Source: Candidatus Aldehydirespirator catecholifindens
Lineage (GTDB): Bacteria > Actinomycetota > Acidimicrobiia > Acidimicrobiales > Aldehydirespiratoraceae
Reading direction: 5' to 3'
Length of the DNA stretch: 64,000 nucleotides
Assembly: GCA_028283245.1 (NCBI GenBank)
Contig: JAPYNU010000006.1
Coordinates: forward strand, 1,542-65,541
The translations under genes and the position numbers were made by a program. Positions 56,474 through 64,000 of this stretch are shown piece by piece; position 1 is the first letter of the stretch, and every line of letters starts with the position of its first letter. A model generated the notes under the pieces. The model had not been told where the DNA came from. It was given only the letters and a program-made list of their open reading frames with translations, and did no database searches.

Positions 56474-57264
56474 CGGCCCAGTTCGCGGCTGCGTCGACTG
56501 GCGGTGTCGACCACCCGCTCTATCAGGCTCATGAAGTCGACCTCATCAAGCACAGCCAAACCGGCTGCGGTGGTGCCACCAGGTGTGGTCACGTTGTCAC
56601 GCAACTGGACCGGATCTTCACCAGTTGATGCCAGCAGTGTGGCGGCACCGAGCAGGGTTTGACGCACCAGAGTGTCGCTCACCTGCGGGTCTAAGCCGCC
56701 GACGACACCGGCATTGCGTAACGCTTCTGCCAACTCAAAAACGTAGGCCGGGCCGCTGCCGGACAATCCTGTCACCGTGTCAAGGTCAGCTTCGTCAACT
56801 TCCACTACCGTGCCGACCGCTTCCAGAATGCTGCGAGCCCATTGCAAGTCATCATGTCCTGCGGAGCTGCCCGAGGCGATGGCTGCCGCACCCAAACCAA
56901 CTAGAGCGGGCGTGTTGGGCATAGCCCGCACTACTGGCGTGCTGTCCGCCAGAGCCGCCTCAATGGTGTTGCAGCGAACTCCCGCAGCGATCGAAAGCAC
57001 TCGCGGCACGCCTGCGTCAGCAAGCATTGGAAGCATCTCAGTCGCCACATGAGGTTTCACTGCGATCACTGCGTCGCTGTTGATGATCTTGAGCGAAACC
57101 GACACGCCAGCGACACGCTGTTTGACGGTTTGCTGTCGTATAGGTTCGGGTTCAACCACATGCAGTTCGTTAGCTTCGGCCCAGCCCGAAGACACCAAAC
57201 CCTCTAGCAGGGCGACACCCATTTTGCCGCCGCCGATTATTTGCAACCGAGCCATGGGGTTCAT
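56470..57264 (-). CDS. proC: Pyrroline-5-carboxylate reductase
   Basis: IIGGGKMG Rossmann motif and the C-terminal VTTPGGTTAAGL signature. Confidence 0.9.
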   Translation of the reverse strand: MNPMARLQIIGGGKMGVALLEGLVSSGWAEANELHVVEPEPIRQQTVKQRVAGVSVSLKIINSDAVIAVKPHVATEMLPMLADAGVPRVLSIAAGVRCNTIEAALADSTPVVRAMPNTPALVGLGAAAIASGSSAGHDDLQWARSILEAVGTVVEVDEADLDTVTGLSGSGPAYVFELAEALRNAGVVGGLDPQVSDTLVRQTLLGAATLLASTGEDPVQLRDNVTTPGGTTAAGLAVLDEVDFMSLIERVVDTASRRSRELGR

Positions 57265-57291
57265 GCTAAAGCGACATCGTGAAGCCCGACT

Positions 57292-58245
57292 TCAGTTGTT
57301 GATGTTGCCATGTCGGGCAGTGATCTGCATATCGCGTTGCACTACGCCTGCCACCGCAGCAATCACGATCACCCCGCCGATCACTTGAGCGGTTCTGATG
57401 GGTTCATCCAAAAAGATCGCAGCCAAAACCATGGTCAGCGGAGGAGCCCCCAAAAGAGCCATCGACGAGACCGTTATTCGCACATGCTTGTGAGCCCAGT
57501 TCATCAGCAGATGACCAGATCCTGGAACCGCCACCAGGGCAGCCACCCACAACCAGGCCTCTAAGTCAGGGAAGGTCATCCCGCCGCCGGTTAGCAGCGC
57601 TGGTGGCGTGACCACAACCAGGGCGATTCCCCAGGCAACGGCTTGAAACTCGAAAGCCCCGATTTGCCGTCGAGCTTCTTTAGCGAAAGCCATTTGTGCC
57701 GAGAAGAACAGCATCGCTACCACCGCCAGAGCGTCACCACGCAGGCTCCATGTGGGAACCGCAGCCGACCCAAAAAGCACTAGCGCAGTTCCGCTGAGAG
57801 CGGCGGTCACCAACGCCAGAAGTTTCGGCGAGATAGGTTCACCGAAACGGCGCATCGCGGGCCAGATCAACACCACCGGCACCAGCGACACGATCATTGC
57901 CACATTGGTCACGGTCGTGGATTTGATGGCTTCATAGAACGCCACATACCAGCACCCGAGCATCACCGCGGACGGCAGGCAAGCCCGAAGCTGAGGCCAT
58001 GTGACTCTGCGTTTGCGGGCTGCGACTACTGCCGTGTAGATCAGTGTGCTAAGCACCAACCGCCAAAACGCAAGCTGGGCCGCCTCCAGTTCTGGTGGCC
58101 GAGCCAGAATGTTGCCTCCAGCCCAACACACCACCGCCACCCCGACAGCCACCAACCCCGCAGCGTTCCAGTCGCTATTGATAATCGACCTTCCAGCCGA
58201 TCGTCCAGCCTGCCGCGATGGCCCTGAGTGCCGCATCGGAGTCAT
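57292..58245 (-). CDS. EamA/DMT family transporter
   Basis: About 10 TM helices in two EamA-like halves. Confidence 0.8.
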   Translation of the reverse strand: MTPMRHSGPSRQAGRSAGRSIINSDWNAAGLVAVGVAVVCWAGGNILARPPELEAAQLAFWRLVLSTLIYTAVVAARKRRVTWPQLRACLPSAVMLGCWYVAFYEAIKSTTVTNVAMIVSLVPVVLIWPAMRRFGEPISPKLLALVTAALSGTALVLFGSAAVPTWSLRGDALAVVAMLFFSAQMAFAKEARRQIGAFEFQAVAWGIALVVVTPPALLTGGGMTFPDLEAWLWVAALVAVPGSGHLLMNWAHKHVRITVSSMALLGAPPLTMVLAAIFLDEPIRTAQVIGGVIVIAAVAGVVQRDMQITARHGNINN

Positions 58246-58504
58246 TGCAACGAGCTATAGAAGCTTTCGCTCATGTAGACGTCGCAGTCGGCCCATTCAC
58301 CAGCAAAGCTGTCAGCCCAAAGTCGCATCTCAACCGGATCACTCACCGCAGCCGACTGTATCGCTTTGCTGGATACCAAGAAGGTGCTGGCACGAATAGG
58401 ACAGGTGCTTGATACTTGTCCTAAACTGTCTCCACGAAAAGCTTGAGTGGTTGGCTCCGCCGACCTCTGAAAGCCCATCGACCCATGAATAGAAGAGGGA
58501 ATCG

Positions 58505-59635
58505 ATGACCGATGCCATGCCTGAAGCACCCGAGATGACGGGCCAATCGCATCCGGCATCTTGGCCTGCTGTTGCTGCCGAATGCCAGGCGGTGCGTGAG
58601 CGGGTGGCGCTGTTTGATCAGTCGGCATTCGCCAAGTTCATCGTGGAGGGGCCGGATTCTCTGGCACTTCTCGACGAGTTGAGCACCGCTCGGATTGATG
58701 TCCCATTGGGCAAGGTCGTCTACACGCCATGGTGCAACGATCGTGGCGGTATCGAAACCGATGTCACAGTGACTCGCGTTAGTTTGGACCAGTTCTTAGT
58801 GGTGGACACCCCCGAATCACACGAGCATGACCTAGACGGCCTCAAGCAAGCTGGCCACAACCTGGATGTGACGCTCTCTGACATCACCGACCATTGGGCT
58901 TGTATTGGGTTGAGCGGCCCCAAGTCGCGGTTTGTGCTGGCTTCGCTCACCGAGGCTGCGCTGTCGAATACGAGTTTCCCGTTCAGCACTTCTCAGCGTA
59001 TTGATGTGGCGGGTTTTGATGTGCTGGCTTTGCGTGAAAGTCGTGTGGGCGAACTCGGCTGGGAGCTGTATCTGCCTAACGAGCACGCCGAGGAACTTCG
59101 CGAAGCGCTTGAGGCTGCCGGGAAGGCGCACGGTCTAGTCTTGGCCGGGGATCAGGCCATGGAGGTGCTGAGGCTGGAGTCCGGCTACGTCCGGTGGGGA
59201 GTTGATGTCACTGCTGATGACACACCGCTAGAAGCTGGTCTTGAGTCCGCAGTTAGCTGGGACAAGCCGAACCCTTGGCATGGCCGAGCTGCGTTAGAGC
59301 ATCAAAGTGGCAAACCCCGTAACAAGGCTTTAGCTCGGATTCGTCTGGATCAACCCAAAACGTTATGCCATCGTGATGATCAGATCCTGTGTGATGGCGA
59401 GCCGGTGGGTTCTGTCACTTCTGCAACTTGGAGCTATGTGGAGGATCGTTGTCTAGCGATGGGCTACCTGCAGCGTCGCGGTTCAGTAGGCGTGAATCAA
59501 GATTGGCTCAGCACCGGCAAGTTTGAGGTTGTTGTTAGTGGCGAGCAGGACAGCGCTCGGATCCCGATAACTGTGTCGTTGCGCAGCTTCTACGATCCTG
59601 GCGACCGGCGGGTACACCTGGCTGACGGACCGTGA
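58505..59635 (+). CDS. Aminomethyltransferase-family folate-binding protein (GcvT-like; resembles the C-terminal half of sarcosine/dimethylglycine dehydrogenases)
   Basis: VRERVALFDQSAFAKFIVEGPD...YTPWCNDRGGIETDVTVTRV...GWELY pattern. Confidence 0.8.
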   Translation: MTDAMPEAPEMTGQSHPASWPAVAAECQAVRERVALFDQSAFAKFIVEGPDSLALLDELSTARIDVPLGKVVYTPWCNDRGGIETDVTVTRVSLDQFLVVDTPESHEHDLDGLKQAGHNLDVTLSDITDHWACIGLSGPKSRFVLASLTEAALSNTSFPFSTSQRIDVAGFDVLALRESRVGELGWELYLPNEHAEELREALEAAGKAHGLVLAGDQAMEVLRLESGYVRWGVDVTADDTPLEAGLESAVSWDKPNPWHGRAALEHQSGKPRNKALARIRLDQPKTLCHRDDQILCDGEPVGSVTSATWSYVEDRCLAMGYLQRRGSVGVNQDWLSTGKFEVVVSGEQDSARIPITVSLRSFYDPGDRRVHLADGP

Positions 59636-59705
59636 CACAAGCTCAAACGCAACACACGCTCAAAGCAGGCTTCATCGTCGACGGCCACTGCAACGAGGAG
59701 GCACG

Positions 59706-59903
59706 GTGAGAGTTCGTGTTGATCAACAAGCTTGTCAGGGGCATAACCGCTGCTACATGCTGGCACCAGAACTGTTTGACGTGGACGACGAAGGCACAGC
59801 TTCTGAGATCGGAGATGGTGAAGTGCCCGAAGGCTTAGAGGAGAAAGCCCGCTTGGCGTATGACAACTGCCCCGAGTATGCAGTTGAACTCATTGAAAGC
59901 TAA
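59706..59903 (+). CDS. Small single-cluster ferredoxin with a CxxHxxC...CP motif
   Basis: VRVDQQACQGHNRCYMLAPELF...YDNCPEYAV. 65 aa, with a GTG start after GAGGAGG. Confidence 0.8.
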   Translation: MRVRVDQQACQGHNRCYMLAPELFDVDDEGTASEIGDGEVPEGLEEKARLAYDNCPEYAVELIES

Positions 59904-59981
59904 TTGTTCGCGGCAGTGCTACGCACCGAGCGCAAAGCACCGGTGAACAGCTCTGGCAACCAGCACTGGAGGAAACTCAGC

Positions 59982-62027
59982 GTGTCGTCGAAATCCATAA
60001 GAAATGTTGCTCTAGTCGGGCACAACGGCAACGGCAAAACCACTCTGGCCGAGGCGATGCTCTACCGGGCTGGGGTGCTCAGCCGGATGGGCAGCACCGC
60101 AACGGGCACAGCCCACTGCGATTTTGACCCTGAGGAGAAGGCCCGTAATCAGAGCTTGGGCGTGTCCCTAGCATCGTTTGACTGGCGTGATCATCGCTTC
60201 AACATCATCGACACGCCCGGCTCCACCGACTTCGTGGCCGACGCTGTCAACGGCATGCACGCAGCCGAGCTCGCAGTGTTCGTGGTGGACGCAGTGTCGG
60301 GAGTGCAGGCACAAGATCAGGTGATGTGGCGACACGCCAGTCGCCTGCAACTGCCTTCGGTGGTGTTCGTCAACGGCCTTGACCGTGAACGATCCTCTTT
60401 TGACCGCACCCTTGCGGATTTGCAGACTCATTTTGGTTCTTCAGCAGGGCCGGTGGCGTTGCCGCTAGGCGCTGAAGCTGAGTTCCACGGTGTTGCCGAT
60501 CTGTTGAGTGACGGAGCTTTTGATTACAGCAGCGGCCAGTCCGCAGCCGCGTCAATCCCCGACGATGTGGCTTCAGCTGCTACCGAAGGCCACACGCAAC
60601 TCGTGGAAGGAGTGGTGGAAGCTGATGACGAGCTATTGGAGCAGTATTTAGAGGGGGTTGAGCCGACCCTAGAGCAGCTTCAAGACCTGCTGGGAGCTGC
60701 GATCACGCGCCGCAGCGTTTTCCCGGTGTTGTGCGGATCTGCCACCAAACCCATCGGGGTTGATCATCTGCTTGATTTCATAAGTCATTACGGCCCGGCA
60801 CCAGATGCTGTCGGCGGGGTTGAGGTGATGCAGGGCAGCGACTCATCAGAACTTGCGGTGGATGCTTCTGGAGTTCCGGTAGCGGTGGTTTTCAAGACTC
60901 GTATTGACGATTTTCTCGGACAGATTTCGTTCATCAAAGTGGTGTCGGGCACGATCCGCTCTAATGACACGCTCGTCAACGGACGCACCGGTGACAAAGA
61001 ACGAATCCACAACCTGATGTCGTTCACGGGCCCCGACCATCAAAGCCTTGATCATGTGGTAGCCGGTGACGTCGCCGCTGCGACCAAGCTCGGCGATGTG
61101 CGTACTAGCGACACGTTGTCGTCCGATGGCGCTATATCGGTGCCGATCACTCCGACACCAGTGCCGGTGTATGGAGTGGCAGTGCATGCTTCAGCACCAG
61201 CTCAAGAGGACAAGCTGGCTGCAGCTCTGCGTCGTTTCGCTACTGAGGATCCCAGTTTGGTGGTTCGCCAAGATCCCACCACTCGTCAGACGGTGCTGTC
61301 GGGTGCCGGTGAAGCGCACATACGGGTGGTGCGGTCACGACTAGAGCGCATGGGTATCGAATTCGAAGTTGAGGACATGCGTGTGGCTTATCTTGAGACG
61401 CTGGCCCGACCCGCAGACGTGGAGGCCAAACACAAGAAGCAAAGCGGTGGACACGGACAGTTTGCTGTGGCCATGGTGCGTTTTGAGCCGCTGCCGCGCG
61501 GGGCTGGATACCAGTTCGATACTGAAGTCACCGGTGGTGCGATTCCTCGTAACTTGATCCCTGCGGTGGGGGCAGGCATTGAGGAAGCCATGTCACACGG
61601 CGGGAAGTACGGGTTCCCGATGGTGGATCTGCGGGCGGTTTGCTACGACGGCAAGCATCATGCGGTTGACTCTTCGGAGATGAGCTTCAAGATCGCTGGG
61701 TCTGTGGCGCTCAAACAGGCTGTAGAGCAGGTGGGTTGTGCGGTGCTCGAACCGATCAGCGAGATCAGTGTTGAGGTGCCCGATAACTATCAGGGTGATG
61801 TGCTAGGCGATCTGAACTCGCGTCGAGGACAGGTGTTCGGCACCGAGCCGGGTTCGGCTGCTGGAACTAGCGTGATCCGTGCCCATGTGCCGACCTCAGA
61901 GATCCTCAGCTATGTGATCGATCTGCGCTCAATGACCGGCGGAACGGGCACGTTCAGCGCACAACATCACGACTATCAGCCGTTGCCTCACGCAATGATG
62001 TCAAAAGTGGTAGCCGCCAGCGAGTAG
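59982..62027 (+). CDS. Elongation factor G paralogue (EF-G2-like translational GTPase)
   Basis: G1 GHNGNGKTTL and G3 DTPG, with EF-G domains II-V. The start is set to GTG 59982 after GGAGGA. Confidence 0.85.
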   Translation: MSSKSIRNVALVGHNGNGKTTLAEAMLYRAGVLSRMGSTATGTAHCDFDPEEKARNQSLGVSLASFDWRDHRFNIIDTPGSTDFVADAVNGMHAAELAVFVVDAVSGVQAQDQVMWRHASRLQLPSVVFVNGLDRERSSFDRTLADLQTHFGSSAGPVALPLGAEAEFHGVADLLSDGAFDYSSGQSAAASIPDDVASAATEGHTQLVEGVVEADDELLEQYLEGVEPTLEQLQDLLGAAITRRSVFPVLCGSATKPIGVDHLLDFISHYGPAPDAVGGVEVMQGSDSSELAVDASGVPVAVVFKTRIDDFLGQISFIKVVSGTIRSNDTLVNGRTGDKERIHNLMSFTGPDHQSLDHVVAGDVAAATKLGDVRTSDTLSSDGAISVPITPTPVPVYGVAVHASAPAQEDKLAAALRRFATEDPSLVVRQDPTTRQTVLSGAGEAHIRVVRSRLERMGIEFEVEDMRVAYLETLARPADVEAKHKKQSGGHGQFAVAMVRFEPLPRGAGYQFDTEVTGGAIPRNLIPAVGAGIEEAMSHGGKYGFPMVDLRAVCYDGKHHAVDSSEMSFKIAGSVALKQAVEQVGCAVLEPISEISVEVPDNYQGDVLGDLNSRRGQVFGTEPGSAAGTSVIRAHVPTSEILSYVIDLRSMTGGTGTFSAQHHDYQPLPHAMMSKVVAASE

Positions 62028-62072
62028 CTCTTCTAGTTTTGATCAGGCCAATTTGATCAGGCCATGTGACAG

Positions 62073-62147
<75 letters not shown>

Positions 62148-62387
62148 TGGGTCAACTGCCATCATACGCCGCTAGGCAGCAACTGGCTAGTTGCCGCGCT
62201 CTGTTGACGCTACGACGTAGATGAAGCTCAAGGGACTGGTTGTGACAGTGGAGCGGCTGCGAGAGATGTCATAGGGGCTCTTTAGTGTTGTCCTCATGAC
62301 AAAAGAAGTTGAGAAACAGCAAGTGCAGCGGCTCCGAGGGGGTTGGCTCCGAGGGCAGGCACAGAAACCATCAACGGAGGTGCTGGA

Positions 62388-62594
62388 ATGTGCAAGCACC
62401 AGGTAGGAGACATCGTCAAGTTGATCGCTAGCGCTCCGTGGCGTGAGGCAGTGACATACCGGGATTCGTGGCCTCACGAGTGCGTCGTCGTCAAATCCGA
62501 CGGCCAAGAGGCACTGCTAGCAGCGTTTTGTGCTCGCATCGCGGTGGGTGAAGGAGTGGAGTGCCGTTTCTTCGAGCCGCTAACCACCCCCTAG
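62388..62594 (+). CDS. Small hypothetical protein, possibly the 5' part of a frameshifted gene
   Basis: ATG 62388 is preceded by GGAGGTG. A second frame (62561-62710) continues with protein-like sequence after the stop. Confidence 0.3.
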   Translation: MCKHQVGDIVKLIASAPWREAVTYRDSWPHECVVVKSDGQEALLAAFCARIAVGEGVECRFFEPLTTP

Positions 62595-62714
62595 CCGATC
62601 CCTGCTCTCGACTCATCTGGATCGATGATGAGATGAGCGTTATCCGGCGCAGATATGTCGGCAAACTCGCCCAGTTCACCCCAGCGGTGTGGCAGGAGAA
62701 CTTGCGGTGAGGGG

Positions 62715-64000
62715 CTATGGGATGGACTCTGCCTGCAATTGATGGCGCTTGTCTGTGAGTAGCCGCTGCCGCAACTCCGCCATGGTGAGGTGTCCGCCTT
62801 TGATGCGGTTGCAGGATGAACACAGCAGTTGCAGGTTCTCGTCGGCATCAATGCCACCCTTAGCGCGCGGAGTTATGTGGTCAAGGTCAAAGTCGTCGTA
62901 GTACTTGTTGCGACAACAACCCGGGCAGGGGCGACGCTCCCCTTCTCCCAGTTCAGCCCAGCGAATCTCTCGGATGCGAGGAGATCGCGTCGGGCGATCG
63001 GGATCAGTGCGTAGCGGCAGACTCGGTGGCAAATGCAGCGACGGCAAACCCCCGCGGAAACCCTCCAAATCGACATTGTGAACGGCGGCATCGGACTCTT
63101 CCTGCAGCCGCTTCTGGGTGATCCCGATAGCTACTTCGTCAATGTCGATACCAGCCCACTGGCGACCCAACCGTTCAGCGGCGACCATAGTGGTAGCGCA
63201 TCCGCAGAACGGGTCAAGCACTAGATCATCGGGGTTGGAAGACGCAGCAATGAAATGTTCGTATAGAGCGAGCGGCTTCTGGGTAGGCCAACCGGTGCGC
63301 TCCGAACCCGCCACCACAGGAATATGCGTAATTATGTCGCTAGCAGGGTTTCCCGGCTTGGTGGACAGATAGCTCTTGTGGCTCGGCACGCCGTTGCGAC
63401 TCCAATAAATCAACCCAGCAGCGTCAAGGGCTTCGCACTTAGCCAGCGCATCAAGTTGCTCGTAGTTCTCAGGAAGCCGTGCCGCCGCGGCGGCGGGAAA
63501 CTTGTCACGCTGTGGTGGAGCCCATGCTCTGTTTTTTGGTGGAAGGGCTCCTTTGAATGGAAGATATGCAGATGCGCCACCCGCCTTGCCACCTGACAAG
63601 TTGTCAACACGCCACGGCCCTAGGCCGTCGTTGTCGTCATGGCGGTAGTGCTTACGGACATAATCAGGATCGTGAGGCCGATACTGCTGATTCCAGACAA
63701 AGTCTCGGGGCGATTTTGTGTAGTAGAAAATTCTGTCGCTGTCACGGGCATAGCGCCGAGTTCCCAGCGACTTGGTGCTGGTGCGCTTCCACACGATCTC
63801 GTTGCGAAAACAGTTCGTTCCGAAGATGCAGTCACAAAGTTGCTTGAGATAATGCGACGCATGGGGGTCACAGTGCAGATAGAGGCTGCCGGTCGGCTTG
63901 AGCACTCGCCAGATTTCAACAAGGCGCAGCGTCATGAACACCAGATATGCCTGCATGGAGTCGCCCGCTGACAGGCTTGCTCCGATCACGGTGTGATACA
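62715..64000 (-). CDS. N4/N6 DNA methyltransferase (beta-class, PF01555-like) fused to a C-terminal HNH endonuclease; the N-terminus lies beyond the right edge
   Basis: Motif I region LVLDPFCGCATTMVAAERLGRQWAGIDI. The C-terminal HNH reads CPGCC...DLDHITPRAKGG...NLQLLCSSCNRIKG. The frame stays open to position 64000, and the expected (D/S)PPY motif has not yet appeared. Confidence 0.8.
   Translation of the reverse strand, partial: YHTVIGASLSAGDSMQAYLVFMTLRLVEIWRVLKPTGSLYLHCDPHASHYLKQLCDCIFGTNCFRNEIVWKRTSTKSLGTRRYARDSDRIFYYTKSPRDFVWNQQYRPHDPDYVRKHYRHDDNDGLGPWRVDNLSGGKAGGASAYLPFKGALPPKNRAWAPPQRDKFPAAAAARLPENYEQLDALAKCEALDAAGLIYWSRNGVPSHKSYLSTKPGNPASDIITHIPVVAGSERTGWPTQKPLALYEHFIAASSNPDDLVLDPFCGCATTMVAAERLGRQWAGIDIDEVAIGITQKRLQEESDAAVHNVDLEGFRGGLPSLHLPPSLPLRTDPDRPTRSPRIREIRWAELGEGERRPCPGCCRNKYYDDFDLDHITPRAKGGIDADENLQLLCSSCNRIKGGHLTMAELRQRLLTDKRHQLQAESIP

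Noticed and set aside
58246-58504. The 260-bp region upstream of the GcvT-like gene, considered as a glycine or folate riboswitch.
   Set aside because: I could not find the conserved glycine-aptamer core (ACCGAAGGGGCAA-type) or another recognisable aptamer. Only a simple AGGACA...TGTCCT hairpin is present. The gap is also a divergent promoter region shared with the EamA gene.

Overview
The window covers the chromosomal replication-origin neighbourhood of an actinobacterium. Gene order closely matches the Mycobacterium/Streptomyces ori region, GC is mid-to-high 50s % by eye, and class-level placement cannot be made without a search.

Left arm (1-23.6 kb), almost entirely minus strand:
- liv permeases, an acyl-CoA ligase and an acyl-CoA dehydrogenase
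- dnaB, then rplI-rpsR-ssb-rpsF
- panB, a DUF5318-like protein and pcnA
- degV and trxB-trxA-cwlM-like on the plus strand
- parB-parA
- rsmG-jag-yidC-yidD-rnpA-rpmH

Right arm, plus strand:
- dnaA-dnaN-recF-DUF721(DciA-like)-gyrB-gyrA, a DUF3566 protein and tRNA-Ile
- a metabolic block: an IMPase-family protein, then an lldD-like gene, an FeS/NrfD fusion and a molybdopterin oxidoreductase
- a Ddn-like F420 enzyme, a cytochrome c and pgi
- a minus-strand block with hemL-hemB-hemD-hemC-hemA, a SAM hydrolase and proC
- a gcvT-like gene, a ferredoxin, an EF-G paralogue and tRNA-Arg

Four things do not belong to the conserved ori backbone:
1. A 3-kb segment lies between parA and rsmG. It is bounded by a perfect 26-bp direct repeat, and each copy contains a parS palindrome. 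Its only gene encodes a 916-aa gamma-class N6-adenine methyltransferase with large extra N- and C-terminal domains (Type IIG/IIL-like architecture).
2. A translationally coupled pair at 43.2-44.9 kb encodes an unrecognisable 209-aa protein plus a fused XRE-HTH/ImmA-IrrE metalloprotease. It sits behind a perfect 12-bp tandem duplication.
3. An unusual lldD / fused FeS-NrfD / signal-less molybdoenzyme cluster has three 30-bp repeats in front of the catalytic gene.
4. A DNA methyltransferase-HNH fusion runs off the right edge next to tRNA-Arg.

No CRISPR array, rRNA, transposase or integrase was seen. Most of the remaining long ORFs in the six-frame track are antisense shadow ORFs of the genes listed.
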